DNA from: an uncultured Lactobacillus sp.
Lineage (GTDB): Bacteria > Bacillota > Bacilli > Lactobacillales > Lactobacillaceae
DNA: 64,000 nucleotides
Direction of reading: 5' to 3'
NCBI GenBank assembly: GCA_946477855.1
Contig: CAMKZU010000008.1
Location: forward strand, 3,102-67,101
This document shows positions 40,737-51,372 of this stretch, piece after piece (the stretch's first letter is position 1; each line of letters begins with the position of its first letter). Below the pieces are notes generated by a model. The model was given only the letters and a program-made list of their open reading frames with translations. It did no database searches and was not told the origin of the DNA. The position numbers and the translations under genes are program-made.

Positions 40737-41651
40737 TTATTCTAAGTTCAATGAACTCTTGTCAAAACCAGCTGACTTAATCTTGTCATCAATTGATGGA
40801 GTACCAAGCCAAGTGATCATTTCCTTCATTGAAGCTGTAATTGCTTCCGTACCAGGAAGAAGAAGCTTACGAGGGTCATAACCCTTGTTGTCCTTGTCTT
40901 CATCCTTGTGGGCTTCAAAGTACTTACGAGTAGCAGCTTGGAAAGCTAATTGGAATTCAGTGTTAATGTTAACTTTAGAAATTCCAAGAGAAATAGCCTT
41001 CTTAACTTGGTCTTCAGGAATACCTGAACCACCATGCAATACCAACGGAACAGAAACTGCATCAGCGATTTCCTTCAAACGATCAAAGTTTAAGCCTTTC
41101 CAGCCTTCTGGGTAAACACCATGGATATTACCAATACCACAAGCAAGTTTGTCAACACCTGCGGCTACGAAAGTCTTTGCGTCTTCGACAGATGCAAGCT
41201 CACCGCCGTCAGCACCTTGATTTTCACCAATTTTACCAATTTCAGCCTCAACTGAAATGCCACGTTCATGCGCCAACTTAACGATTTCCTTGGTTTGAGC
41301 TAAGTTCTCTTCAGTTGGTAAAGCATGACCATCAAACATAACTGATGAATAACCAAGAGCAATACATTCTTTAGCAGCCTCAAAGCTACCATGATCTAAG
41401 TTCAATACAACTGGAACAGAGATGTCCATTGCATCAATTTCGTCTTCAACTAAGTCTTTAGCAACTTTATAGCCACCCATGTACTTAGCAGCACCCATTG
41501 ACACCTGAATTAAAACTGGGGTTCTTGTTTCCTCAGCCGCTTGCAAAATTGCACGTGTCCATTCCAAGTTGTTAGTGTTATAAGCACCTACTGCATAATG
41601 GTTTTTACGAGCATCCTTAAAGATTTGATTACCATTATCTAAATATGCCAT
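40737..41651 (-). CDS. fba: Fructose-1,6-bisphosphate aldolase class II
   Basis: GAYNTNNLEW, LDHG, GNIHG, LHGGSG, GYDPRK. Confidence 0.95.
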   Translation of the reverse strand: MAYLDNGNQIFKDARKNHYAVGAYNTNNLEWTRAILQAAEETRTPVLIQVSMGAAKYMGGYKVAKDLVEDEIDAMDISVPVVLNLDHGSFEAAKECIALGYSSVMFDGHALPTEENLAQTKEIVKLAHERGISVEAEIGKIGENQGADGGELASVEDAKTFVAAGVDKLACGIGNIHGVYPEGWKGLNFDRLKEIADAVSVPLVLHGGSGIPEDQVKKAISLGISKVNINTEFQLAFQAATRKYFEAHKDEDKDNKGYDPRKLLLPGTEAITASMKEMITWLGTPSIDDKIKSAGFDKSSLNLE

Positions 41652-41748
41652 TAAATATACCTCCTATTAAACTTACAGTCATATTGTATCGTATTAATTA
41701 AACATTGAACAATCTTTTATTTGATGTAAACGTTATTATTTAAAATTT

Positions 41749-43434
41749 TTACATTTCTTTAGGGGCATTTACGCCCAATAGGCGCAAAGCCTCGGTTAAA
41801 ACAATTGAGGTTGCTTGAACTAAAGCTAATCGAGCATTAATTTGATCATCATCTACTAAGATTTTGACGTTAGCATAATATTTGTTAAATTTTTTAGCTA
41901 AATCAAGGGCATACTTAGCTATTACTGATGGTTCAAAATTTTCACTGCTGCGAGCAATAATGCGCGGAAAATCAGCCAGAGATTTGGCAACATTAAAAGC
42001 CCAATCATCATCAATATTTATATCTGAGAGTTGTGGTTCATAGCCTTGAGCAGCTGCCTTGCGTAAAACACTTTGGGCACGAGCATTTGTATACTGCACA
42101 TATGGACCAGTATCGCCTTCAAAGCGCACAACTTCATCAAGGTCAAAGTCAAAGTTTTCGGTTCTTTCATTTTTTAAATCATGAAAAATAACTGCACCAA
42201 CACCAACGTCATGAGCAACTTGGTCTTTATTGGCCAAATCAGGATTCTTTTGCTCAATTTGCTTTTGTGCCAAGTTAATAGCATCCTGTAAAACCTGATC
42301 AAGGAAAACCACGTTCCCTTTTCTAGTAGAAAGCTTTTTACCATTTTGAGTAATCAAGCCAAAAGGAACATGATAAATTTCGTCAGCCCAATCATAACCC
42401 ATTTTTTTCAAAACAGTTTTTAATTCCACAAAGTGCTGAGCCTGCTCATTACCGACTACGTAAAGCATTTTGACAAAATGATAAGTTTTCATACGATAAA
42501 TTGCAGCTGCCAAATCACGTGTTAAGTAGATACTCGTACCATCAGATTTAACAATCAAAGCTGGATTTTTATCTTCACCCATGTCAACCACTTGTGCACC
42601 GCGAGATTCATGTAAAAGTCCCTTCTCTTTTAGTTCATCAATTACGGGTTGCATTTTATCGTTAAAGAAAGCTTCACCTTTATAAGAATCAAAAGTAACT
42701 CCTAATTCTTTGTAAATACGGTTGAAATCAGCTAAAGATACATCACGGAACCATTGCCATAATTTAACTGCTTCCGGATCACCGTCTTCTAGTTTTTTAA
42801 ACCATGCACGTCCCTCATCATCAAGTTCTGGATGCTTTTCAGCTTCTTTGTGAAACTTGACGTAATATTTAAATAAATTCATGATGGGATCTTTTTTAAC
42901 GTCTTCTTCAACGCCCCAGTGCTTGTAGGCCGCTATTAATTTACCAAATTGCGTGCCGTAATCACCCAAATAGTTGATTTTAATTGGTGTGTAACCAACT
43001 TTTTGCAGGGTCTTGGCAATTGAATTGCCAATTACAGTTGACCTTAAATGACCCATTGACATTGGTTTTGCAATGTTGGGACTGGACATATCAATCGGCA
43101 CATTTCCCTCTCCCAATTTTTGGTCACCATAATGCTCTTTTTGTTGCAAAATTTCTGCAAGAGTTTGAGAAATTAACTTGCTGTGATTGATAGAAAAATT
43201 AACGTAGGGGCCAACAGCTTTAATTGCAGCAAAATCAGTGCTTTTTAGTTCGTCTGCAATATTTTGTGCAATTTCTACAGGATTTTGATGCAGCACTTTT
43301 GCCAACGCAAAGGCTGGAAAAGCATAGTCACCCATTTTTTCATTTTTTGGTCTTTCAATTAATGAATTGATTTGATCTTGGGAAAGGTCAACCTGACTAG
43401 CGATTAAGTCAACTACCTTATCTTTAAAATCCAT
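41749..43434 (-). CDS. argS: Arginine--tRNA ligase
   Basis: SSPNIAKPMSMGHLRS, GDYGTQFG, GDTGPYVQY; ATG at 43434 after GGAGG. Confidence 0.97.
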   Translation of the reverse strand: MDFKDKVVDLIASQVDLSQDQINSLIERPKNEKMGDYAFPAFALAKVLHQNPVEIAQNIADELKSTDFAAIKAVGPYVNFSINHSKLISQTLAEILQQKEHYGDQKLGEGNVPIDMSSPNIAKPMSMGHLRSTVIGNSIAKTLQKVGYTPIKINYLGDYGTQFGKLIAAYKHWGVEEDVKKDPIMNLFKYYVKFHKEAEKHPELDDEGRAWFKKLEDGDPEAVKLWQWFRDVSLADFNRIYKELGVTFDSYKGEAFFNDKMQPVIDELKEKGLLHESRGAQVVDMGEDKNPALIVKSDGTSIYLTRDLAAAIYRMKTYHFVKMLYVVGNEQAQHFVELKTVLKKMGYDWADEIYHVPFGLITQNGKKLSTRKGNVVFLDQVLQDAINLAQKQIEQKNPDLANKDQVAHDVGVGAVIFHDLKNERTENFDFDLDEVVRFEGDTGPYVQYTNARAQSVLRKAAAQGYEPQLSDINIDDDWAFNVAKSLADFPRIIARSSENFEPSVIAKYALDLAKKFNKYYANVKILVDDDQINARLALVQATSIVLTEALRLLGVNAPKEM

Positions 43435-43449
43435 TTTTCCTCCTAAATG

Positions 43450-43645
43450 CCAAAAAAGTCTCTTCCTCATTATTTGAAGAAGAGACGAGTTAAAACCCGC
43501 GGTACCACTCTATTTGATACAAAGTATCCGCTTATTAAATTTGCTAAATTATTAGTTAGACACGCCTTCAGTCATTTTTCCAGCTTGACTTTCACCAACT
43601 CAAGCTCGCTTTTCTAGAAAAAAAGCCTACTACTCCTAACCACTT
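43450..43645 (-). promoter_or_regulatory. T-box riboswitch (argS leader), CGU specifier
   Basis: AGAGTGGTACCGCG T-box, terminator GTCTCTTC..GAAGAGAC-T6, AGCGAG/GGTGAAA motifs, specifier GAAGG-CGT at 43562-43564. Confidence 0.92.
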
Positions 43646-43689
43646 TCATCAAAAGATTATAACAGTAAATGAAAGCTTAGCCAAATTTT

Positions 43690-44337
43690 TTAGTTATTTT
43701 TGATAATTACTTTGGTACCTACTGGAATATTTTCAGCCAACCAGCGTGAATCAGGTACGCTTAATCTGATACAGCCATGAGAGGCAGGCTTGACACCTAA
43801 CTTTTCAGCCTCTTTAATATTGTATTTGCCATTGCCTTTCGTAGGAACGGAATGAAAAAGATAAACATTTTCCTTGTCCCAGCTGGTCCAGTTATTAGCG
43901 CCTTCATTCAACTCAGGATTATAAAAAGAATCTCCACGGTCATTTTTAATTTTATAATTTCCTGTTGGTGTTAGTGACTTGCCTTTTTTAAACAAACCAG
44001 CACTTGCCAGCATAGTATACACTCGTTTGTTACCCCGCAAGATGTAAATTCGATTACCCCTGAGGGAGACTCTAATTGTTAAGTCATTTTCGAGATGCTT
44101 AATTTTAGGATAAGGCTTTGTCTCACTGGGCTTTTGCCAATTAAAGGGAGAACGTAAATCTTTAGGATCTCGGTACGGTCGATAAGATGCTGCAGTTTTA
44201 ATAACGACTGTTTTCTTTGCTTCCTTAGTTGAGTTTTTAGTTTCTGGCTGAGACGGCATTGAAATTCGTGCCAGACTAATAGCACATATTAATAGAACAC
44301 AAAAAGCAGTAAGAACTTTTAAAAGACTTTTCTTCAT
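43690..44337 (-). CDS. L,D-transpeptidase (YkuD domain)
   Basis: N-terminal anchor, YLFHS..SHGCIRL. Confidence 0.92.
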   Translation of the reverse strand: MKKSLLKVLTAFCVLLICAISLARISMPSQPETKNSTKEAKKTVVIKTAASYRPYRDPKDLRSPFNWQKPSETKPYPKIKHLENDLTIRVSLRGNRIYILRGNKRVYTMLASAGLFKKGKSLTPTGNYKIKNDRGDSFYNPELNEGANNWTSWDKENVYLFHSVPTKGNGKYNIKEAEKLGVKPASHGCIRLSVPDSRWLAENIPVGTKVIIKNN

Positions 44338-44378
44338 GTTATAACCTTTCTCCCAACCAAATTTTTAACGTAAAATAT

Positions 44379-45221
44379 CTAATTAGCATATTGACTCATT
44401 AGCTGAGGCAACATTGCACTTATTTCAGTCGGTCGCACTACATAATTATTTTCAGCAATTTTATCGCCTGCCAAAGAATGAATAAAAACTGCAGCCAGAA
44501 CAGAATCTAAATTATCACCAAATTGAGCTGTAAAGCCTCCTATTATACCAGCCAATGTATCTCCCATTCCACCTGTAGCCATACCGGGATTGCCTATTGG
44601 ATTTACAAAAATCTGATTAGATTTGGTATAAACATGAGTGTGATTTGATTTTAAAACCAAAATAGCATTTTGGGTAGGAAAAATCTTTTTTAAAGCATCT
44701 AAATTCGCACTGTCAGTCTGATATGAAATTCTAATTTGACTCAACCTTTGCCATTCCATCTGATGTGGTGTTATGACCACTAAACCGACCTGAGTTGGAA
44801 TTAATTTTGCATCCTGACTAATCATGTCCAAAGCACTTGCGTCCAAAATTAATATTTGATTTTGAGAAATATTTTGACATATCGTTGACATTAATTGCAG
44901 GGCAAAAGTGCCGGAGCCCAAACCTGGTCCACAAACAATAACATCCATTTTTTTCATTAAATTTACCAAATTCCGGTCACGCCAGTCAATAAACATGACC
45001 TCAGGATTACGCGCATGCAGTGCATCCAGGTTTACTGCATGGGTAGCCACAGAAATTAGTCCAGCACCACTATTAAGTGCAGCCTCGGCTGCCATGATAA
45101 TTGCACCACCATAGTTTTCACTGCCACCTATTAATAAGATCCTGCCGTAATTTCCTTTGTGAGAATTACTTGGCCTTTTTTTAATTACTTTGGTCAAAAT
45201 ATCTTCTGTAATTTCTGCCAT
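44379..45221 (-). CDS. nnrD: ADP-dependent NAD(P)H-hydrate dehydratase
   Basis: HKGNYG, GPGLG, TPHQME, MATGGMGDTLAG. Confidence 0.93.
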   Translation of the reverse strand: MAEITEDILTKVIKKRPSNSHKGNYGRILLIGGSENYGGAIIMAAEAALNSGAGLISVATHAVNLDALHARNPEVMFIDWRDRNLVNLMKKMDVIVCGPGLGSGTFALQLMSTICQNISQNQILILDASALDMISQDAKLIPTQVGLVVITPHQMEWQRLSQIRISYQTDSANLDALKKIFPTQNAILVLKSNHTHVYTKSNQIFVNPIGNPGMATGGMGDTLAGIIGGFTAQFGDNLDSVLAAVFIHSLAGDKIAENNYVVRPTEISAMLPQLMSQYAN

Positions 45222-45222
45222 A

Positions 45223-46503
45223 TTAGCCTCCAAATAACCAGCGCCAAAACCTTACAAAAATGTTTACTCGATTGGTTGATTCTAAAGCCTGGGCGGACAA
45301 CATTAGACCATCAGGACTTTGCAATGAAATAATTTTGTTTTTGCCAATCTTGAAGTAATAAGAGTTAATTTTTTGCCCTTTTTCTACCGGAGCTTCAACG
45401 ATTTTGGATGTTAAACCTACCCGAAATTTAGAACCATTTCGTGGTTTCCAGATCAGTGTTTTATTTTTAATACCAATATTTATCTGCCTGGCTTTTCCAT
45501 TGTGAACTGCCATATTAGTGTGACCAATAATTATTTCACTACGCTGAAAAACTAAGGGCTCGTATTTTTGATAAACATAGTTGAGCAGTTTAGCTGTTTG
45601 AATAAAACGGGCTGGATCAGTGTTAGTAACATGTTTTGCGCCCATGATTACAGTAATGATTCGCCCACCACGATGAGGTGCAGTCGCAATAAAACAAGCA
45701 CCTGCGGCGTCAGTTGTTCCTGTTTTCAAACCATCGATTTTTAGATTTTTATGGTATTGCGGCATCCCTTTTAGCATCCAGTTAAAATTGCTCATTGGCG
45801 TTGCCATATTTTGGTCAATAAAGTCCATCTTAGCAATTCTAGTCGTCTTAAGTACTTCGGGATAATCCTGTATTAATTTCTGCCCTACAATAGCCATATC
45901 CTTGGCAGACAACATATTTTCATCATTTTTACCTGCCCCAGGATAAGCATCATTACCAACGCTTTTATTGGGCAAGCCGCAAGTCGTATAAATACGAGCA
46001 TCTTTGATACCCCATTTTTGCAATTGCTGTCTCATTTGCTTAACAAAGGCAACCTGAGAACCACTAATTGCTTCTGCTAACATCATTGCGGCTCCGTTAG
46101 CGGATTCAATTAAGGTTGCTTGATACAATTGTCTAATCGTATACGTGTGTTTCATACGCAAGGGAACGTTTGAATACTCTCTGTTACTGGCAACGGCAAA
46201 TATTTGCCGAGTAGGTGTAACCTTGGTATTCCAATTGATTTTTTCCTGATCAATCGCCTTTAGGGTTAAATATGCGGTTACCAACTTTGTCATTGAAGCT
46301 ATTGGCAATGGCTGATTAATATTTTTGCCGTACAATAATTGCCCAGTCTTACTATCAACTGCTATGGCTGCCTTGGCATCGATAGCTACATTACCTTGAT
46401 TATAATTATCAGGCAATTTTGCAGCAGCATTTACGTCAACTGGAAGTGCCAATAATAAAAGGCTGATAAAAAATAGAATGGCGGTTTTTGCTTTCTTTTT
46501 CAA
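45223..46503 (-). CDS. dacA: D-alanyl-D-alanine carboxypeptidase
   Basis: Signal peptide, ASMTK, SAN, KTG. Confidence 0.92.
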   Translation of the reverse strand: MKKKAKTAILFFISLLLLALPVDVNAAAKLPDNYNQGNVAIDAKAAIAVDSKTGQLLYGKNINQPLPIASMTKLVTAYLTLKAIDQEKINWNTKVTPTRQIFAVASNREYSNVPLRMKHTYTIRQLYQATLIESANGAAMMLAEAISGSQVAFVKQMRQQLQKWGIKDARIYTTCGLPNKSVGNDAYPGAGKNDENMLSAKDMAIVGQKLIQDYPEVLKTTRIAKMDFIDQNMATPMSNFNWMLKGMPQYHKNLKIDGLKTGTTDAAGACFIATAPHRGGRIITVIMGAKHVTNTDPARFIQTAKLLNYVYQKYEPLVFQRSEIIIGHTNMAVHNGKARQINIGIKNKTLIWKPRNGSKFRVGLTSKIVEAPVEKGQKINSYYFKIGKNKIISLQSPDGLMLSAQALESTNRVNIFVRFWRWLFGG

Positions 46504-46604
46504 GTATGAGTCTCCCTTCCCCGATATTTTTTGGATTATTTTACGTTTTATGCTTACATTTTACCAAATTTTTGGTATGATTATTACTGTGCTAAAAATA
46601 ATAA

Positions 46605-46688
46605 GCCCCGATGGCGGAATTGGCAGACGCGCAGCGTTCAGGTCGCTGTTTAGGTAACTAAGTGAAAGTTCGAATCTTTTTCGGGGCA
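46605..46688 (+). tRNA. tRNA-Leu (anticodon CAG), CCA not encoded
   Basis: Acceptor GCCCCGA/TCGGGGC, anticodon arm CAGCG-TTCAGGT-CGCTG, long variable arm, TTCGAAT T-loop, discriminator A. Confidence 0.96.
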
Positions 46689-46706
46689 TCACGTTAAGAA
46701 TAAGTA

Positions 46707-46745
46707 AGAGCTGGTCCATTATGGATCTAGCTCTTTTTCTTTTTT
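46707..46745 (+). terminator. tRNA terminator
   Basis: AGAGCTGGTCCA..TGGATCTAGCTCT-TTTT. Confidence 0.75.
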
Positions 46746-47094
46746 CTAAAATAATAGATGTTTTTCTAAATATTTATTTAATTCCGCATATCAATTATTT
46801 TGCTATTTTTCCTTACTTCAAGTGTATTATTCAAACTTGCTAATTGACAGTGACAATGGTTTCCTAACAGCAACAGCCAATTTAACTAAAACTGAGCAAA
46901 AGTTGATAGCTTATATTAGTGTTGAAAATTACTATACTTATTAACAGGATCAATAGTATCTCGCAGAATTTTTGTTAAGCCTCTTAATTTTTCTAAAGAG
47001 TTATATTTAATTACATATTATTTTTAAAAATATGTTTTCAATTGTACTTAAATGATTTTTTTGTATTAAAATTATAGTAAAAGGAGGTATAGTC

Positions 47095-47319
47095 ATGCAA
47101 AAACGTTTAACAAAATCTGAGGATAAGATTGTCTCCGGTGTCTTTGGCGGAGTCGCAGAATACTTTGGCTGGGATAAAGCGTGGACCAGGATTGGAGGCG
47201 GAGCCTTAATATTGTTTTCATTCTTTACAGGATTGCTTTTATATATTATTGCTGCAATTGTTATGCCTGAAAAGGATCACGGTAATGACACTCCTGACGG
47301 GGAATTTCATAAGTACTAA
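47095..47319 (+). CDS. PspC-domain protein
   Basis: KRLTKS..SGVFGGVAEYFG..LYIIAAIVMP; AGGAGG RBS. Confidence 0.92.
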   Translation: MQKRLTKSEDKIVSGVFGGVAEYFGWDKAWTRIGGGALILFSFFTGLLLYIIAAIVMPEKDHGNDTPDGEFHKY

Positions 47320-47482
47320 ATTTTTAAAAAATAAATTTATTTGTCTTACTCAAAATTCAAGTTTAATTCTAGTGCGATTACATGAAAAATTAGACCTGAA
47401 TTTATTTTTATGCAATTTGACCTTTTTTGAATTAAATAATATGATTTATACAACACTTTACTTAAAGAAAGGTTAATATATT

Positions 47483-48586
47483 ATGAGCTTAGACGTTAAT
47501 ATACTCCCATCAGATTACATTGACTTATCTATTGGGGATTTTCGTTCTGGAATAAACAAAAGAATAATTGACAGACTGGTGAAACGGGTTGAAAAAGAAG
47601 GCAATGGATACACTCCGGGTATGGGCCTGCCAAAACTTAGAAAAGAAATTATTTCGTATTACAAAGAGAATTACGGTATAAAAGATATTGATGTAGATAA
47701 CATCCAAATCACAGTGTCATGCTTACATGGTGCATTTTTATCCTTAAAGTCAATCATCAAATCTCAAAGTGATGAAATTATAGTCATTGCCCCCTTTTTC
47801 CCTTCGTATTTAAATTTAATTGCTGGAGTAGGAGCAAAGCCAGTGATTGTCGAATCAGAGGCTCCAGATTTTGCACTACCGAAAGAACAGATCAAAAACG
47901 CAGTAACTCAAAATACCAAAGCTATTATCATTAACTATCCTAATAATCCTACTGGTGCCACTATATCAAAAACAGACCGTATCTTCTTGAACAAACTTTG
48001 TGAGGAAAACAATATTTTTGTAGTTGATGATCATGTTTATAGTGACTATCCGAGCACCTACAAGTATCAACCAATCTCAACTGACATTTCTCATCAAATA
48101 TTAGTCAGCAGTTTTTCTAAGACTTTTGCTATCCCCGGAATACGTCTAGGCTATGTGATTGCACCAGCCGATATTATTGAGCGGGATGGTTATTATAATG
48201 AAGGAATCACTTTCAGTGCCCCAACTATTAGTCAATTCATTGGTGAAATAATTTTAGAAGAACCAGATCAATATACCCATCACATTGAAGAAATTGGACA
48301 AAGAGGCAAAAAACTGACTAAGGTGCTTTCTGCAAGTAAATATTTTGCTTCCTCAAAGTATCTGGGAGGCTTATATATATTTATTAAAATTCCTGATGAA
48401 ATCCAAGATGTTGATTTGTACTATAAGCTATTAGAAGACCACTTTCATGTAATTGTCGCCAAAGGTAGTGATTTCGAGTATTCTGACAGATACTTTAGAA
48501 TTTCCTTATCTACCGAAAAAGATGCTTTGTTTAAAGGTATGCAGAAGATTATTGACTGTGTAGACTATACTTTAAATTATAAATAG
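47483..48586 (+). CDS. PLP-dependent class I/II aminotransferase-fold enzyme
   Basis: YTPGMG, NYPNNPTG, SFSKTFAIPGIRLGY (PLP lysine). Confidence 0.9.
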   Translation: MSLDVNILPSDYIDLSIGDFRSGINKRIIDRLVKRVEKEGNGYTPGMGLPKLRKEIISYYKENYGIKDIDVDNIQITVSCLHGAFLSLKSIIKSQSDEIIVIAPFFPSYLNLIAGVGAKPVIVESEAPDFALPKEQIKNAVTQNTKAIIINYPNNPTGATISKTDRIFLNKLCEENNIFVVDDHVYSDYPSTYKYQPISTDISHQILVSSFSKTFAIPGIRLGYVIAPADIIERDGYYNEGITFSAPTISQFIGEIILEEPDQYTHHIEEIGQRGKKLTKVLSASKYFASSKYLGGLYIFIKIPDEIQDVDLYYKLLEDHFHVIVAKGSDFEYSDRYFRISLSTEKDALFKGMQKIIDCVDYTLNYK

Positions 48587-48814
48587 AGTGACAGTTATAA
48601 GATATATTTTTTTATTTAACCCATTATAAAATATTTTCAGTGCTTTAATATTCGAGTCAATATTAAGGCATTTTTTATAACATTACTATTTGTTGAAATC
48701 GATTATAGCAAAGGAATTATGCAAATTTATACATTCTTTGATTTAAGTTATTTGTAGTATAATTTTTAAATAAAAGCTGAATCAAATTTAATTAAGTTTC
48801 GTTTAGAGGAAAAA

Positions 48815-49561
48815 ATGGCTACCTTAAACAAAATAGAGAACGTAAAAGATGACATTAAATTGAGGATATTTGAAGGAAAATTTTTACCAGGAGATCTTAT
48901 ATATGAACGAAAAATAGCTAAACTATACAAAATTTCCAGAGGTACGGCTCGGAAAGCTCTCATAGAATTAGAAAAACAGGATCTGTTGTCGATAATTCCC
49001 TCAGTGGGATATAAAATAAATAAACGCAAGGTTGACCCTATTTTGGTAGAAAATGGCTTTAAAAAAGATTTGGAATCTGTTTATGGTGAAAACTTTGAAA
49101 AAAACAGAAAATCTAATTTCTCATATTCAAAGATCATAGCTGATCAATATTTAGAATCAATTTTTGACATTTCAAATGAATCTTATATTGTTTGTGTCAA
49201 ATATCTTCGACTAACTGATGATGGGGACATTAAATCTATTGTTTTTTATTATATCCCTTATTTTTTAGTAAAAACTAGTTTACCCATCAGCATTGAAACT
49301 TTTGATACGGTTTTAGATAGTATGAATTCAAAAATTCATACTATAAGAGCAACCGTAAAATTAATTTCACCCGAAAAAGAAATACAAAACTACTTGAAAT
49401 TAGAAGCCGATATTAATAAAGTTATAAAGAGAGAATGCCGTTTTATTACAAAAAATCAAAAAGTATTTTTTTATACTGTAGAATTCACAAAAGTTAATAA
49501 ATCTGTTGATGTTTTGCCATCTAATCAAATTTTTAGAAAGGTTGAAGGCTTTCTTGAATAA
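48815..49561 (+). CDS. GntR-family regulator (divergent UTRA-like C-terminus)
   Basis: PGDLIYERKIA..ISRGTARKAL wHTH. Confidence 0.82.
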   Translation: MATLNKIENVKDDIKLRIFEGKFLPGDLIYERKIAKLYKISRGTARKALIELEKQDLLSIIPSVGYKINKRKVDPILVENGFKKDLESVYGENFEKNRKSNFSYSKIIADQYLESIFDISNESYIVCVKYLRLTDDGDIKSIVFYYIPYFLVKTSLPISIETFDTVLDSMNSKIHTIRATVKLISPEKEIQNYLKLEADINKVIKRECRFITKNQKVFFYTVEFTKVNKSVDVLPSNQIFRKVEGFLE

Positions 49562-50291
49562 AAGCAAAAATAGTAAAATTCTTTATAAAGAATTAGAGTC
49601 AAAACTTATAAAGTTAATTAAAAATGAAAACTATCTACCAGGTCAAAAGTTCTTGAGTGATAGAAATATTGCTCATACTTTTAAAGTTAGCAGAAGTACT
49701 GCAAATCGTGCTATTTCTGATATGGTTGATCGCAATTTATTATTTAGAGTTCAAGGAAAAGGAACATTTATTGTCGCAAAAAAAAGCAAATATTCTAAAT
49801 TTGCTTTTTCTGGATCAAACTCTTTAACAGATGCATTAAAAGATAGCGGAAAACAAGTATCGACAAAAATAATTCATTTTTATGAAGATTGCAGTACAAA
49901 CTTTTTTTTAAAAAAGTTAAACCTTAACGATCAAGAAAAAATTGTGGGAGTTCAAAGGGAGCGTTTTGCCGACTTGGCTCCTTTTGCAGTTGAAAATACA
50001 TACGTTCCAAACAAATTTTTCTCTGACTTTTTAGCAACCGATTTTAACTATATTAGTTTATATGATTACATGGAAAGCAAAGGTCACAAACCTGTCTCTT
50101 TTCAACAATATATTACCGTTATTGAACCCAACAAAAGAATACAAAAGCTTTTAAATCTTGAGGATGATCAATATATTTTTAAAATTAATTTTACCACTGC
50201 AGATACTATGGGAAATATTGTGGAGTATACAGAGAGTTATATGAATTTATACGATATGGAAATGACCTATGAAGTCAACTTTAACCATTAA
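49554..50291 (+). CDS. GntR/HutC-family regulator (UTRA)
   Basis: VSRSTANRAI..RVQGKGTFI; UTRA SLYDYME; likely TTG start at 49554 coupled to upstream stop. Confidence 0.88.
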   Translation: MNKSKNSKILYKELESKLIKLIKNENYLPGQKFLSDRNIAHTFKVSRSTANRAISDMVDRNLLFRVQGKGTFIVAKKSKYSKFAFSGSNSLTDALKDSGKQVSTKIIHFYEDCSTNFFLKKLNLNDQEKIVGVQRERFADLAPFAVENTYVPNKFFSDFLATDFNYISLYDYMESKGHKPVSFQQYITVIEPNKRIQKLLNLEDDQYIFKINFTTADTMGNIVEYTESYMNLYDMEMTYEVNFNH

Positions 50292-51372
50292 GAGTATACT
50301 CACTTTTTCTTGTAATCCATAACGCTAAAAGAACAGCAAAAATTGAGCTCACAAATTTACCTATTATCATGGGTAAGACCATATTACTTGCTGCTGTTGC
50401 GGTAAATCCCAAGTGATCGCCCAAAATAAAAGATCCTGAAACGCAAAAGGCAAAATTTACTATTTTTCCTCGATTATCCATTTTCGGTGATAATTCAAAC
50501 ATAGCAATATTGTTGGCTAAAGAAAATATTAATCCCTCAATAGAAATGGAATTGACTTTCATTAAATTACCAACTTTCTGTAGAGGCTTTGCCAGAAACT
50601 TAGTCAAAACTGATAAGAAGCAAAATGCTCCAGAAAGGGTAAAAGCAATATTAAAAACAATATTCATACTGTCATTAACTGAAGATAACCCTTTTAAGAA
50701 AACTATATTTGTTTTTTCCTGAAAAATTCCAATTACTAGCCCAAATATTGCCAAGATAACTATAAATTTACTAATTGCTTTAAATAAACAAATAATACTG
50801 TTTTGAAAAAATTTAAGACCTATGATTATTAAGATAGAAAACAAAATAATTGGTAACAAATTATGATAAAGCGTCTTCAGAGACAAACCTATTATTAATC
50901 CACTTACTAAGCAACCTAAAGGAATTGTTATAATACCGCATAAGAAACCTTTAGCAAATAAATTTCTATCTTCTTTGTTAATAATTCCTAAGCCGATTGG
51001 AAGAGTATAAACTAATGTTGCACCTAGCATAGATGACAAAATTATCCCAGAAAAAAGACCTACTTGACTATTTAATGCTAAATTTTGCGACAGTTGAAAT
51101 CCTCCCATGTCTACAGCAAAAAATGACCCAGCAAAAAGTGACGGGTCTGCTCCCAGAAATTTAAAAAAGGGTACCATGACTGGTTTGAAAAGTTTAGCAA
51201 TTACTGGAGTCAAAATTATTATTCCTGCCATAGATAAGGTTAACTGACCCATAGTCATCATTCCCTTTTTAAACTGCTCACCTAATTTAAATTTATTATT
51301 AAAGCAGTAGTCTACTGCTCCAATAACCATTGAAATAAGCATTAAAAAGATAATTAGATTGTTGATATTCAT
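50281..51372 (-). CDS. eutH: EutH-family ethanolamine transporter (orphan)
   Basis: GADPSLFAG..DMGG, SMLGATLVY..P, SLANNIAMF, GSFILGDHLGFT. Confidence 0.88.
   Translation of the reverse strand: MNINNLIIFLMLISMVIGAVDYCFNNKFKLGEQFKKGMMTMGQLTLSMAGIIILTPVIAKLFKPVMVPFFKFLGADPSLFAGSFFAVDMGGFQLSQNLALNSQVGLFSGIILSSMLGATLVYTLPIGLGIINKEDRNLFAKGFLCGIITIPLGCLVSGLIIGLSLKTLYHNLLPIILFSILIIIGLKFFQNSIICLFKAISKFIVILAIFGLVIGIFQEKTNIVFLKGLSSVNDSMNIVFNIAFTLSGAFCFLSVLTKFLAKPLQKVGNLMKVNSISIEGLIFSLANNIAMFELSPKMDNRGKIVNFAFCVSGSFILGDHLGFTATAASNMVLPMIIGKFVSSIFAVLLALWITRKSEYTLNG

Noticed and set aside
50281-51372. Ethanolamine utilisation microcompartment operon
   Set aside because: Only eutH is present; no eutBC, shell or eutVW genes in the window
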